Source: an uncultured delta proteobacterium (GTDB lineage Bacteria; Myxococcota; UBA727; VGSZ01). Taken from it: DNA of 64,000 nucleotides. The stretch is from contig CAVZJB010000011.1 of the NCBI GenBank assembly GCA_963775425.1, positions 1,024,001 to 1,088,000 on the forward strand. The letters run 5' to 3'. The position numbers and the translations under genes are program-made. Below, piece after piece: positions 41,701 to 51,874 of the stretch. A model generated the notes under the pieces. It was not told the origin of the DNA, did not search any database, and saw only the letters and a program-made list of their open reading frames with translations. Numbering within the stretch: position 1 is the stretch's first letter; the number at the start of each line of letters is the position of its first letter.

Positions 41701-42650
41701 GCACCGTCCTCGCGTGTCTGCTCAATTGGCGCACCGCCGAGATGACCGTGCGCTCGCTCGAGCGCGTGCTGCAAGAGCTCGTGCGCATCCCCGGCGCGCG
41801 CGCGTGCGTCGTCGACAACGACTCCGGAGACGGCTCCTTCGAGAAGATCTCCGAGGCCGTGCAGTCGCGCGGGTGGTCGAAGCTCGTCGACGTCGTCGCG
41901 TCCGGCTACAACGGCGGCTTCGGCTACGGAAACAACGTGGCGCTGCGCCGCGGGCTGTCGTCCGCGGACCCGCCCGACTACTTCTACCTGTTGAACTCCG
42001 ACGCCTTCCCCGACGACGGCGCCGTCAAGCGGCTCATGGAGCACCTCGACGAGCACCCGCGCACGGGCCTCGCGGGCAGCTTCATCCACGCCCTCGACGG
42101 GCGGCCGCAGGAGTCTGCTTTCCGCTTCCCGAGCGTCCTCGGCGAGGTCGAGCGCACCGCCCGCTTCGGCGCGCTGAGCGCCGTGTTGAACGACAAGAGC
42201 ATCGTCATGCCCATCCCGGAGCAGACCGCGCCGGTGGATTGGGTGGCGGGCGCCTCGATGATGATCCGGCGCCGGGTCCTCGAGCAGATCGGGCTCTTCG
42301 ACGAGACCTTCTTCCTCTACTACGAGGAGACGGACCTCTGCCTGCGGGCGCGGCGGGCGGGATGGGACATCGACTACGTGCGCGACTCGTCGGTCGCCCA
42401 CATCGGCGGTGCCTCCACCGGCGTGCAGTCCCACACCGTCGTCAAGAAGCGAATGCCCGAGTACATCTGGGCGTCCCGGCGTCACTACTTCCTGAAGAAC
42501 CACGGGCGCGCGACGCTGTGGGCGGCGAACGCCGCGATGTTCGTGGGTGGCGCGTCCTTCCGCGTGCGACGGGTGCTCCAACGAAAGCCGGATCCCGAAC
42601 GTCCGCGCGAATGGCTCGACGGCGTCCTCTATAACATGCGCCACCCCTGA
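41697..42650 (+). CDS. GT2 glycosyltransferase (rhamnosyltransferase-like)
   Basis: VVDNDSGD, NGGFGYGNN, LLNSDA, DWVAGAS, FFLYYEETDLC. Confidence 0.9.
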   Translation: MSTVLACLLNWRTAEMTVRSLERVLQELVRIPGARACVVDNDSGDGSFEKISEAVQSRGWSKLVDVVASGYNGGFGYGNNVALRRGLSSADPPDYFYLLNSDAFPDDGAVKRLMEHLDEHPRTGLAGSFIHALDGRPQESAFRFPSVLGEVERTARFGALSAVLNDKSIVMPIPEQTAPVDWVAGASMMIRRRVLEQIGLFDETFFLYYEETDLCLRARRAGWDIDYVRDSSVAHIGGASTGVQSHTVVKKRMPEYIWASRRHYFLKNHGRATLWAANAAMFVGGASFRVRRVLQRKPDPERPREWLDGVLYNMRHP

Positions 42651-42664
42651 GCTAGCGTGAGCGC

Positions 42665-43537
42665 ATGAAGGGCATCATCCTCGCCGGCGGCAGCGGCACT
42701 CGACTCCATCCGATCACGAAGGCGGTGAGCAAGCAGCTCATGCCCGTCTACGACAAGCCGATGGTCTACTACCCGTTGGCGGTGTTGATGCTCGCGGGCA
42801 TCCGCGAGGTGCTGATCATCTCCACCCCGCACGACCTCCCGCTGTTCAAGCGGTTGCTCGGCAGCGGGGCCGACGTCGGCATGGACTTCCGCTACGCCGA
42901 GCAGGCCGCGCCCAACGGCCTCGCCGAGGCGTTCATCATCGGCCGCGAGTTCATCGGCACCGAGAGCGTGTGCCTGGTGCTCGGCGACAACGTGTTCCAC
43001 GGCCACGGGCTGGCCACGCTCCTGCAGCGCGAGGTGGAGGCGCTCTCGGGCTGCACGCTCTTCGGCTACGCGGTGAAGGACCCGGAGCGCTACGGCGTCG
43101 CCGAGGTGGCCCCCGGCGGGAAGATCCTCTCCATCGAGGAGAAGCCCAAACAGCCCCGCTCCAACCTCGCCGTCACGGGCCTCTACATGTACGACAACGA
43201 TGTCGTCGACATCGCCGCCAAGCTGGCGCCGTCGCCGCGCGGCGAGCTCGAGATCACCGACGTCAACAACCACTACCTGCGGCGTGGCGGGGCCCGCCTG
43301 GTCACCCTCGGACGCGGGATGGCATGGCTCGACACCGGCACCCACGACAGCCTGCTGCAGGCGGCGACTTTCGTTCAGGTGCTGGAGCAGCGCACGGGCA
43401 TCCAGATCGCCTGCATCGAGGAGATCGCGTACCGCATGGGCTACATCGACGAAGCGCAGCTCCAGAAGCTCGGTTCGGCCCTGGGCAAGTCCGGCTATGG
43501 CGAGTACATCCTCCGGCTGGCCAAGCACGAGGAGTGA
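42665..43537 (+). CDS. rfbA: Glucose-1-phosphate thymidylyltransferase
   Basis: [40 protein letters not shown]. Confidence 0.97.
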   Translation: MKGIILAGGSGTRLHPITKAVSKQLMPVYDKPMVYYPLAVLMLAGIREVLIISTPHDLPLFKRLLGSGADVGMDFRYAEQAAPNGLAEAFIIGREFIGTESVCLVLGDNVFHGHGLATLLQREVEALSGCTLFGYAVKDPERYGVAEVAPGGKILSIEEKPKQPRSNLAVTGLYMYDNDVVDIAAKLAPSPRGELEITDVNNHYLRRGGARLVTLGRGMAWLDTGTHDSLLQAATFVQVLEQRTGIQIACIEEIAYRMGYIDEAQLQKLGSALGKSGYGEYILRLAKHEE

Positions 43538-44079
43538 GCGTGGAGCTCGTCGACCTTCCCCTGTCCGGATTGAAGCTCCTGAAGCCCAAGGTGCTGAAGG
43601 ACGCGCGAGGCTTCTTCGTGGAGTCGTTCCGCAGCGAGTGGCTCGACGTGAATTTCGTCCAGGACAACCACTCGCGCTCCGTGAAGAACACCATCCGCGG
43701 CCTCCACTTTCAGCGGGCGAGCGACAAGGGCCCGGGCCAAGCCAAGGTCATGCGCGTCGCGCGCGGCCGCATCTTCGACGTCGCCGTGGACATCCGGCCG
43801 GGCTCGCCCACCTTCGGCAAGTGGCACGCCGAGGTGCTCGACGACGAGAGCCATCACCAGCTCTTCGTCCCCATCGGCTTCGCGCACGGCTTCTGCGTGC
43901 TCTCTGAGGCGGCCGACGTCCTGTACAAGGTGAGCTCGTACTACGACGCGGAGAGCGAGAGCGGCTTCGCCTTCGACGACCCCGCCGTCGGCGTCGCCTG
44001 GCCGGTGACGCGCGAGCAGGCGCTGTTGTCCAAGCGCGACGTCGAGGCGCGTCCGTTGCGGGACGTGGTCGCGCGCTGA
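43534..44079 (+). CDS. rfbC: dTDP-4-dehydrorhamnose 3,5-epimerase
   Basis: [34 protein letters not shown]. Confidence 0.95.
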   Translation: MSVELVDLPLSGLKLLKPKVLKDARGFFVESFRSEWLDVNFVQDNHSRSVKNTIRGLHFQRASDKGPGQAKVMRVARGRIFDVAVDIRPGSPTFGKWHAEVLDDESHHQLFVPIGFAHGFCVLSEAADVLYKVSSYYDAESESGFAFDDPAVGVAWPVTREQALLSKRDVEARPLRDVVAR

Positions 44080-44086
44080 GGTGGCG

Positions 44087-44635
44087 ATGCCGTTCGGTCT
44101 ACTCGAGCTGCTGGACACGGTGCGCGAGGACTGGGAGGCGCACGAGCGCGACTGGACACGGCCCGGCTTCCGCGCCGTCGCCGTGCATCGCTTCGGCAAC
44201 TGGCGCATGGGCATCAAGCCCTTCGTGCTGCGCGCGCCGATGTCGGCGGCGTACAGCGTGATGGCGCGCCACTGCCGGAACAACTACGGCATCGAGCTGC
44301 CGTGGTCGGCCAAGCTCGGCCGCCGCGTCAAGGTGGAGCACCAGGGCGACATCGTCGTGCATGGCAGCACCGTCATCGGCGACGATGTCGTGCTGCGCCA
44401 GGGCGTGACCATCGGCATGCGCGACAAGACCAACCACACCGAGGCGCCGCACATCGGCAACGCCGTGGACATCGGCGCGGGCGCCAAGATCCTCGGGCCC
44501 GTTCACGTCGGCGACGGCGCCGCCATCGGCGCCAACGCGGTGGTGCTCGGCGACGTCCCCGCCGGGGCGCTCGCCGTCGGCGTCCCCGCCCGCATCATCG
44601 GCGCCGAAAGGCGCGGCAAGAAGGAGCCCGCATGA
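44087..44635 (+). CDS. Hexapeptide-repeat (WcaB-like) polysaccharide O-acetyltransferase
   Basis: Left-handed beta-helix repeats IGDDVVLRQGVTIG, IGAGAKILG, AIGANAVV, VGVPAR; lies inside the polysaccharide operon. Confidence 0.8.
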   Translation: MPFGLLELLDTVREDWEAHERDWTRPGFRAVAVHRFGNWRMGIKPFVLRAPMSAAYSVMARHCRNNYGIELPWSAKLGRRVKVEHQGDIVVHGSTVIGDDVVLRQGVTIGMRDKTNHTEAPHIGNAVDIGAGAKILGPVHVGDGAAIGANAVVLGDVPAGALAVGVPARIIGAERRGKKEPA

Positions 44636-45714
44636 GCCCCGAGGTCCTCGACAGCCCGCGCGCAGCGCGCAGGATGCTCGTCACGGGAGGCGCCGGGTTC
44701 ATCGGGTCGTCGTTCGTGCGCTCGCTGTTCGCCGCCGCCGCGGTGGATCGCGTCGTCAACCTCGACCTGCTCACGTACGCGGGCAACCTCGACAACCTCG
44801 AGGGCCAGGTGGATCTCGACCGCTACGTCTTCGCGCGCGGCGACATTCGCGATCAAGCCCTGCTCGAGAAGCTCATCGTCGAGCACGACATCGACACCGT
44901 GGTGCACTTCGCCGCCGAGAGCCACGTGGACCGGAGCATCCACGGGCCGCGCGACTTCATCGAGACCAACGTCCTCGGCACGTTCGCCATCCTCGAGGCC
45001 ATGCGCGCGCGCAAGGCGGCGGGGCAGGTGGTCCACCTGCACCACGTCTCCACCGACGAGGTCTTCGGCTCCCTCGGTGACACCGGGTTCTTCGTCGAGA
45101 CCACCGCGTACGATCCGCGCTCGCCCTACTCCGCGTCCAAGGCCGCCAGCGACCACCTCGTCCGCGCCTACGCGCACACCTACGGGCTGTCGACGACGGT
45201 GTCCAACTGCTCCAACAACTACGGCCCGTACCAGTTCCCCGAGAAGCTCATCCCCTTGATGATCGCCAACTGCCTCGAGGGCAAGCCGCTCCCGGTCTAC
45301 GGCGACGGCCAGAACATCCGCGACTGGCTCTACGTGGACGATCACGCCGAGGCCATCCGCGCGGTGCTGGCGCGCGGCGGCCCGGGCACCACGTGGAACG
45401 TCGGCGGGCGCAACGAGTGGAAGAACCTCGACCTGCTCCATGCGCTCATCGACGTCGTCGCCCGCCTGACCGGCAAGCGCGCCGAGGACCTGCGCGGCCT
45501 CATCACGTTCGTCAAGGACCGCCCGGGGCATGACCGCCGCTACGCCATCGACTGCGAGAAGATCGAGACCCACCTCGGGTGGAAGCCGCGCCACGACTTC
45601 GTCGCCGGCATTGAAAAGACGGTGCAGTGGTATCTCGACAACGCCACCTGGATCGCGCGCGTGAAGTCCGGCGCCTACCGCGAGTGGCTCGAGAAGAACT
45701 ACGGCACCCGCTGA
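44632..45714 (+). CDS. rfbB: dTDP-glucose 4,6-dehydratase
   Basis: VTGGAGFIGS, HFAAESHVDRSI, STDEVFG, YSASK, DRPGHDRRYA. Confidence 0.97.
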   Translation: MSPEVLDSPRAARRMLVTGGAGFIGSSFVRSLFAAAAVDRVVNLDLLTYAGNLDNLEGQVDLDRYVFARGDIRDQALLEKLIVEHDIDTVVHFAAESHVDRSIHGPRDFIETNVLGTFAILEAMRARKAAGQVVHLHHVSTDEVFGSLGDTGFFVETTAYDPRSPYSASKAASDHLVRAYAHTYGLSTTVSNCSNNYGPYQFPEKLIPLMIANCLEGKPLPVYGDGQNIRDWLYVDDHAEAIRAVLARGGPGTTWNVGGRNEWKNLDLLHALIDVVARLTGKRAEDLRGLITFVKDRPGHDRRYAIDCEKIETHLGWKPRHDFVAGIEKTVQWYLDNATWIARVKSGAYREWLEKNYGTR

Positions 45715-45729
45715 TCAAAGCGCGGCCGC

Positions 45730-47259
45730 TCAGCCGTGGCAGCTCGCGTACACGGCCGTCACGTAGCCCGTGACCTGGCCGTCGGTGATCTTGAACCAGG
45801 TGGTGTTGCCGTCGATGTCCTGTCCGCTGTCGACGGTGTCGAGTCGGTCGACCAGGCTGCCGTCGTCGAGGGTGCCGACCGCGGCGTGGCTGGTGTTCGG
45901 CTGCGGGCGGATGTTGAGCACGCTGCCGGTGTCGTGGACGAGGATGCGCGGGCACGGATCCGGCGGCGGGGGCGGCGGCTCGGGGTTGGCGTCGTCGAGG
46001 CGCGTCACGCGCATGCCGTCGAACGTGAGCTCGCGGCCGAGGGAGCTGTGCTCGCCGGTGTTGTCGTTCAAGCGCACCTGCTGTCCAGCGCCCGTGCGCA
46101 GGTGGTACGCGCCGATGGAGACCCAGCCCTTCTGCGACGACTGATCGATCACCGCGTCGGTGGCGCCGTCGGCGTGGGTGATGGCGTAGCGCGCCTGCTG
46201 CGACGTTCCGTGATCGGGGTCGACGTAGACCTCGAGCTCGTAGGTGCCGTCCACGGTCACGTTCAGCGTCCACTCGCCGTAGTTCTCCGTCCGCGACGCC
46301 GCCGTGGTCCCCGTGGTGATGAGGTCGCCGTCGTTGCCCGCGCCGGTGACGCCGTGCAGCCACTGCTGGCCGCCGCCGGCGTGGAAGCAGGCGTCGCCGT
46401 CGTCGATGACGCCGCCGTCCGCCGGGAGCGCGGTGCACTCGCCGCTGGACGCCGGCGGGGGCGGCGGCGCGGGCGGGGGCGGCGGCGGATCCGCGGGCGG
46501 CGCCTCCTGGCCGATCTCGAGGGCGTGCAGATCGGCGAGGGTGCCGTTAAAGACGTCCATGTCGACGCTGTTGCCGCCGATGCCGCGCACGTGGCCGGAC
46601 TCGCTGTGCTGATGGAACGTCCACATCGCCCAGTGCGGCGGGACGAACGGGCAGCTCGTGCCGTAGTGGGCGATCCACAGCGGCGAGCGGGTCTGATCGG
46701 CGCCGCCCACCGAGTCGCGCCAGAAGTACGGCCCCGTGTACACGATGGGGCGCACGCCGAGCGCGGCCTCGACGTGATCGAGCCAGCGGTTGACCTTGCT
46801 CGCGATGGTGGAGGCGCTCTGGCCGTCGGCGCTCTCGACGTCGATCACCGGCGGGAGATCGCCCGGCCCGAGGGTCCCCACCTTGTCGATCAGCAGGTCG
46901 GCCTCCGCGATCGGATCCTGGTTGCTGCGGAAGAACTGGTAGGCGCCGCGGAGGACGCCGGCGTCCCGGGCGCCCTGCCAGTTGCGGTCGAACTGGCTGT
47001 CGTTGAAGTGGGCGCCGTCGGAGACGCGGATGAAGGCGAAGTCGACGCCGTCGGACTTCACCTGGTTCCAGTCGATGGTGCCCTGGTAGTAGCTGACGTC
47101 GATGCCCTTCACCGTGGTCCCGGGCGCGCAGCTGCGGGTGAAGGCCTTCTCGTCCTCGCCGACGAGGCCGGCGCCCATCACGGCGCCTTCGTCATCGACG
47201 CCGTTGACGCAGGACATGAGCGGGATCAGGCCGATAAACGCGATGGTGAGCTGGCGCAC
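45730..47259 (-). CDS. GH25 lysozyme lipoprotein with a CBM-like (golvesin-like) domain and C-terminal SH3
   Basis: LMSC lipobox, GIDVSYYQG, RGAYQFF, VIDVES, LWIAHY; then VIDQS..GWVSIGAY and LNIRPQP..WFKI..GYV. GGGAGG RBS before the GTG start. Confidence 0.85.
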   Translation of the reverse strand: MRQLTIAFIGLIPLMSCVNGVDDEGAVMGAGLVGEDEKAFTRSCAPGTTVKGIDVSYYQGTIDWNQVKSDGVDFAFIRVSDGAHFNDSQFDRNWQGARDAGVLRGAYQFFRSNQDPIAEADLLIDKVGTLGPGDLPPVIDVESADGQSASTIASKVNRWLDHVEAALGVRPIVYTGPYFWRDSVGGADQTRSPLWIAHYGTSCPFVPPHWAMWTFHQHSESGHVRGIGGNSVDMDVFNGTLADLHALEIGQEAPPADPPPPPPAPPPPPASSGECTALPADGGVIDDGDACFHAGGGQQWLHGVTGAGNDGDLITTGTTAASRTENYGEWTLNVTVDGTYELEVYVDPDHGTSQQARYAITHADGATDAVIDQSSQKGWVSIGAYHLRTGAGQQVRLNDNTGEHSSLGRELTFDGMRVTRLDDANPEPPPPPPDPCPRILVHDTGSVLNIRPQPNTSHAAVGTLDDGSLVDRLDTVDSGQDIDGNTTWFKITDGQVTGYVTAVYASCHG

Positions 47260-47359
47260 GGGAACCTCCCTCTGACGCGCACAGCCTCCTCCCGACCCCG
47301 ACCTGTGTGCGTCCGTCACACGACGGTGCGACGTCGGCCGGGCCGTCCGCCCGCTGACG

Positions 47360-47387
47360 GAGCGGGGCGCCCCAGGGCGCCCCGCTC
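47360..47387 (-). terminator. GC-rich hairpin between the two GH25 genes
   Basis: 12-bp stem GAGCGGGGCGCC/GGCGCCCCGCTC with a 4-nt loop; no clear U tail. Confidence 0.5.
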
Positions 47388-47426
47388 GTCCTCCCGATGT
47401 CCGAGCCAGGCGGCCGGGACCGCGGC

Positions 47427-49388
47427 CTAGCGCGCCCAGATCGGCACGAGGCCGCGGTCGTGGGCGCGCACCGCGAGGGTCGCCAGCATCGAGCGGGTCG
47501 CCTCCATCCCGCCCTTGAAGACGCGGCCGCCGTGGCCGTCGTCGTAGCCCGTGAACAGCCCGGCCTCGGCGACGCGGTTGTGGGCGGCCTCGTTGGCGGA
47601 GCCGTCGTCATCGGTGAAGTAGTCGCGCGTGGCCGGCGGCAGCGCATACATGCGGCTCAGGACGACCGCGAGCGTGTTGCGCGTGGCGATGGTCCCCGGG
47701 CGCACGTCGCGGTTGCCGAAGCCGACCATGACGCCGTAGTCGCTGGCGGCGTTCAGGTAGCGCTCGTAGCGCGTGCCGTCGTCGTCGTCGAAGGCGTCGG
47801 CGTGGCCGGCGAGCGGGACGCCCGCCGCCGCGCCCAGGACGTACATCAACTGCGCGCGGGTGGCTTTCTTGTGCGGGCAGAACGCGGGCTGCCCGGCCAG
47901 ATCGCGGCAGGAGAAGTCGACGCCGAGCTCACCCACGAGCCGATCGTGGTTGCCGGCGGCGGAGCTGCCGTCGTCGTCACAAAACGCGCCGTCGAAGTTG
48001 CCGCTCAGGCAGCGCGCGGGGATGTTCCAGACCGGCACCAGCGCGCGTTGGTGGGCGCGCACCGCGAGCACCGCCAGCGTCGAGCGCGTGGCCTGCTTGG
48101 AGCCCCGGAACGCGCGGCGCGTGTGGTGCGCGTCGGCGAACCCGGACATCAAGCCGGCCGCGGCGACCGCGTTGTGGATGTGCTCGTTGGCGGAGCCGTC
48201 GTCGTCGTAGAAGTAGTCGCGCTGGACGTTCGGCAGCTTGTACATGCGGTAGAGGAACGCCGCGAGCTGGTTGCGGTCGGTGACCGCCGTCGGGTGCACC
48301 TGCCGATCGCCGTAGCCGACGATGATCCCGTACGCCTTCATGGCGTCGAGGTAGCGCTCGTGCGGATCGTTGTTGTCGTCGCGGAAGGCGTTCGGGTGGC
48401 CGGCGAGCGGGATGCTGGCGGCCTTGCCGAGGACGAACGCGGCCTGCGAGCGCGTCGCCTTGTCGCCGCCGCAGAAGGCGGGTGAGCCCGCGATCTTCGC
48501 GCAGTGGAAGTTCACGCCGAGCTGGTTCTTCAACTGGTTGTGCGCCTGCTCCGCGCTGCCGCCCTCGTCGTCACAGAAGGCGCCACGGTAGTGGCCGCTG
48601 ACGCACGCGCGGGGAAGGCCGGCGCCGGCGAAGGTGCTCTTGAGCTGCGCGAGGGTGCCGTTGAAGTGGTTGGTGTCGACGTTGCCGCCGATGCCGGCCA
48701 CGCGGCCCGACGACGTGAACTGGTGGAACGTCCAACGGCTCCACGCGCCGGGGACGAGCGGGCACTGCGTGCCGTAGTGGGCGACCCACAGAGGGTGGCT
48801 CGACAGGTTGGCGCCGCCGACGGAGTCCTGCCAGAAGTACGGGCCGGTGTAGACGATGCCGTTCACCCCGAGCTTGTCGTGGATGCGGTTGAGCCACGCC
48901 TTCACCTTGGTGGCGATGGTGTGCGCGCTCTGACCGTCCGCGGACTCGACGTCGATCACCGGCGGGAGATCGTCGGGGCCGAGGTGCCCGCCGATCTTGT
49001 TGATGAGGAGATCGGCCTGAGCGACCGCGCTCTCGTTGCTGCGGAAGAACTGGTAGGCCCCGCGCAGGACGCCGTGGGCCTTGGCGCCGCTCCAGTTCGC
49101 GCCGAACCTGCTGTCGTGGTAGCCGAGGCCGTCGGAGACGCGAATGAACGCGAACTTGACCCCGTCATTCTTGACGCGGCCCCAATCGATTGCGCCCTGG
49201 TAGTAGCTGACGTCGATGCCCTTCACGGTGGAGCCGCCGGCGCACTTCGCCGTCATGGCTTCCTCGTCTGTGCTGCCGACGAAGCCGGCGCCCATGAAGC
49301 CGCCCTCGTCGCCGACCTCGTTCACGCAGCCGAAGAGGCCAAGCGGGATGGCGGCGAGGAGCAGGAGTGAGGTGCGTTGCGTGCGCAT
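47427..49388 (-). CDS. GH25 lysozyme lipoprotein with six SLH-like repeats (2x3)
   Basis: LFGC lipobox, GH25 DVE motif; repeats F.DD.......GI..GY...P...TR.Q.A; AAGGAGG RBS. Confidence 0.85.
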   Translation of the reverse strand: MRTQRTSLLLLAAIPLGLFGCVNEVGDEGGFMGAGFVGSTDEEAMTAKCAGGSTVKGIDVSYYQGAIDWGRVKNDGVKFAFIRVSDGLGYHDSRFGANWSGAKAHGVLRGAYQFFRSNESAVAQADLLINKIGGHLGPDDLPPVIDVESADGQSAHTIATKVKAWLNRIHDKLGVNGIVYTGPYFWQDSVGGANLSSHPLWVAHYGTQCPLVPGAWSRWTFHQFTSSGRVAGIGGNVDTNHFNGTLAQLKSTFAGAGLPRACVSGHYRGAFCDDEGGSAEQAHNQLKNQLGVNFHCAKIAGSPAFCGGDKATRSQAAFVLGKAASIPLAGHPNAFRDDNNDPHERYLDAMKAYGIIVGYGDRQVHPTAVTDRNQLAAFLYRMYKLPNVQRDYFYDDDGSANEHIHNAVAAAGLMSGFADAHHTRRAFRGSKQATRSTLAVLAVRAHQRALVPVWNIPARCLSGNFDGAFCDDDGSSAAGNHDRLVGELGVDFSCRDLAGQPAFCPHKKATRAQLMYVLGAAAGVPLAGHADAFDDDDGTRYERYLNAASDYGVMVGFGNRDVRPGTIATRNTLAVVLSRMYALPPATRDYFTDDDGSANEAAHNRVAEAGLFTGYDDGHGGRVFKGGMEATRSMLATLAVRAHDRGLVPIWAR

Positions 49389-49531
49389 TGATGGCCTCCT
49401 TGGAGCGCGCGAGCAAAATGCGCGCATTCCGCCGACGGCACGTCGGACGTGTGGAGTAGGTCGACTCCGTCGACAATCCGATGCGCGATTCGATTCTCCC
49501 CGCTCCTAGGACGGACGTCGTACGTCCGTCG

Positions 49532-50752
49532 TCAGACCGCGGCGAAGGCGGCGGCGAGCAGGCGCGCGGCCTTGTTGGCGTCGTGGCGCTCGAGGACCCG
49601 TCGCCGTCCCTCGGCGCCGAGGCGCTCGAGCTCCTCCGGCGCCGCGGACAACGCCGCGCGCATGGCCTCGACGAGCGAGGGCACGTCGCCGGCGGGGACG
49701 AGCCAGCCGCACTTGCCGGTCTCGACGAGCTCGGGGATGCCGGCGACGTACGTGGAGATCACCGGGCGGCGCAACGCGAGCGCCTCCATGATCACGACGG
49801 GCAGCCCCTCGGCGAAGCTCGGCAGCACCAGCGCGCGCGCGGCGTTCACTTCGTCGCGCACGCGCTCGCCGGTGGCCCAGCCCGTGATGCGCACGGTGCG
49901 CTCGAGGCCGCGGCGGGCGATGAGCTCCTCGGCCTGCGCCCGCATCTCGCCGTCGCCGACGAGGACGATCTCGAAGGGCGCCTCGCCGGACTCCTTGAGC
50001 TGTGCCGCGGCCTCGAGGAGGAGGAGCTGGCCCTTCTGCTCGCAGATGCGCCCGACGCACACGAGGCGGCGCGCGTCCGGGATGGGCCGCAGCCAGCTCT
50101 CGCCGAGGTACCCCTCGTCGACGCCGCACGGCACGACCTTCACCTTGTCCCACGCGCGGGCGGCCGTGCGCCGCATGAGCTGGCTCCGCCCGAAGCTGCT
50201 CACGCCCACGACAAAGCGCGCGCGCGCGATCTTGTCGGCGAGGCGGATGGAGTCCGGCTTGTCGAACTCCTCGGGGCCGTGGGCGGTGAAGGAGAAGCCC
50301 GGGCCGCCGAGGGCCTGCGTGAGCAAGGCCACGGTGGCGGAGTTGGTGCCGAAGTGCGCATGCACGTGCTCGACGCCGTCGCGCTCGAGGAGCTCGGCCA
50401 GCCGCGCGGCCTCCGCGAGATAGGCGAGGTGGACGAGGGGGCCGCGCTCGGACGCGCGGCCGAGATCGAGCGCGAGCCGCAGCGCCGCGAACGCGGCCCG
50501 CGGATCGCGGCGCGCGCGTGCGGCGGCCGCGCGCAGCAGCGAGAGCGCGCCGCGCGCGGTGCTCTCCAGCAGGACCCGGGTGCGGCCGGCCTCGTCGACG
50601 TCGGCGGCGTCCGTGACGTCGTCGCGCGTGTCCCGCACGGAGAAGCGTTCGACCTCGAGGCCCTCGCGCTCGAGCGCCTGGATCTCGCGCCGGATGAAGG
50701 TGTGGCTCACCTTCGGGTATTGGTTCACGAGGTACGCGATCTTCTTGGCCAC
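49532..50752 (-). CDS. GT4 glycosyltransferase (WcaL-like)
   Basis: YLVNQYPKVSHTFIRREI, HVHAHFG, VGRICEQKG, EGLPVVIMEA. Confidence 0.9.
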   Translation of the reverse strand: MAKKIAYLVNQYPKVSHTFIRREIQALEREGLEVERFSVRDTRDDVTDAADVDEAGRTRVLLESTARGALSLLRAAAARARRDPRAAFAALRLALDLGRASERGPLVHLAYLAEAARLAELLERDGVEHVHAHFGTNSATVALLTQALGGPGFSFTAHGPEEFDKPDSIRLADKIARARFVVGVSSFGRSQLMRRTAARAWDKVKVVPCGVDEGYLGESWLRPIPDARRLVCVGRICEQKGQLLLLEAAAQLKESGEAPFEIVLVGDGEMRAQAEELIARRGLERTVRITGWATGERVRDEVNAARALVLPSFAEGLPVVIMEALALRRPVISTYVAGIPELVETGKCGWLVPAGDVPSLVEAMRAALSAAPEELERLGAEGRRRVLERHDANKAARLLAAAFAAV

Positions 50753-50816
50753 GATGCTTCCCGAGCGCGCTCGGCACAAAACCGGTGCATGATGCCCGAG
50801 GGATGACGTCCGCACC

Positions 50817-51801
50817 ATGACAAAGACAGTCGGCATCGTCGTCATCGGCCGCAACGAAGGGGAGCGGCTCGCGGTCTGCTTGCGGTCGGTCATCGGGCGC
50901 GGCGCTCCCGTGGTCTACGTGGACTCCGGCTCCCGTGATCACAGCCCCGCTCGCGCGCGTGAGCTCGGCGCCGACGTCGTGGAGCTCGAATCCGTCCCGG
51001 CCTTTCACCGCGGCGCGCGGGCGCAACGAGGGCTTCGCCCGGCTCGTCGAGCGCGCCCCGGAGACGCGCTTCGTGCAGTTTCTCGACGGGGACACCGAGG
51101 TCGTCGACGATTGGCTCGAGCGCGCCTGGGCCGTGCTCGCCGGCGACGACGGCGTCGCCGCCGTGTGCGGGCGCCGGCGCGAGCGGTACCCCGAGCGGAG
51201 CGTCTACAACCGCCTCTGCGACATCGAATGGAACACCCCGGTGGGGGAGACCACGGTCTTCGGCGGCGACGTCATGATCCGCGCGTCCGACTTCGTCGCC
51301 GCGGGCGGATACGACGCCGCGCTCATCGCCGGCGAGGATCCGGACCTGGCCGTTCGCTTGAAGAAGACCGGGCGGCGGATCCTGCGGATCGACGCCGACA
51401 TGACGTGGCATGACGCCGCAGTGACCCGCTTTTCCCAGTGGTGGACGCGCGCGTTGCGCGGCGGGCACGCCTTCGCGGAGGGTGCGCAGCGCCATGGCGC
51501 GGATCGCTTCTGGGTGAAGGAGGTCAGGAGCAACTGGGCCTGGGGCGCGGCGCTCCCCGCCGTCGGCCTCGGCATGGCGCTCCCCACGCTCGGCGCGAGC
51601 GCCATGGTGGCCGCCGGCGGCTACGGCGCGCTCTTTTCGAAGATCCTCCGCGACGCGCGAAGGCGGGGGCTGTCCGACGACGATGCGCGGCTGTACGCGG
51701 CGTACACGACCCTCGCCAAGATCCCACAGGCCGTGGGCCAGGCGAAGTATTGGTGGTCCCGCGCGCGGCACCGCCGGTCGCGCATCATCGAGTACAAGTG
51801 A
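50817..51801 (+). CDS. GT2 glycosyltransferase; one-base insertion near 50990
   Basis: VVIGRNEG, YVDSGS. Removing one A gives ELDPSRPFTAARGRN, then QFLDGD, IAGED. Confidence 0.85.
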
Positions 51802-51874
51802 CGGCGCCGCCAAAAACGGCACATACGCTCGCTCCCGTTGGCCGCCGAGGGTGGGACTGATAGAAATCCCGCCA

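Noticed and set aside
44087-44635. Second cysE for cysteine synthesis
   Set aside because: Short, lacks the GDPAA region and sits in the glycan operon; better read as a WcaB-like acetyltransferase.
42665-45714. Missing rmlD as evidence for a novel sugar pathway
   Set aside because: rmlD is often encoded elsewhere, and absence from one window is not informative.
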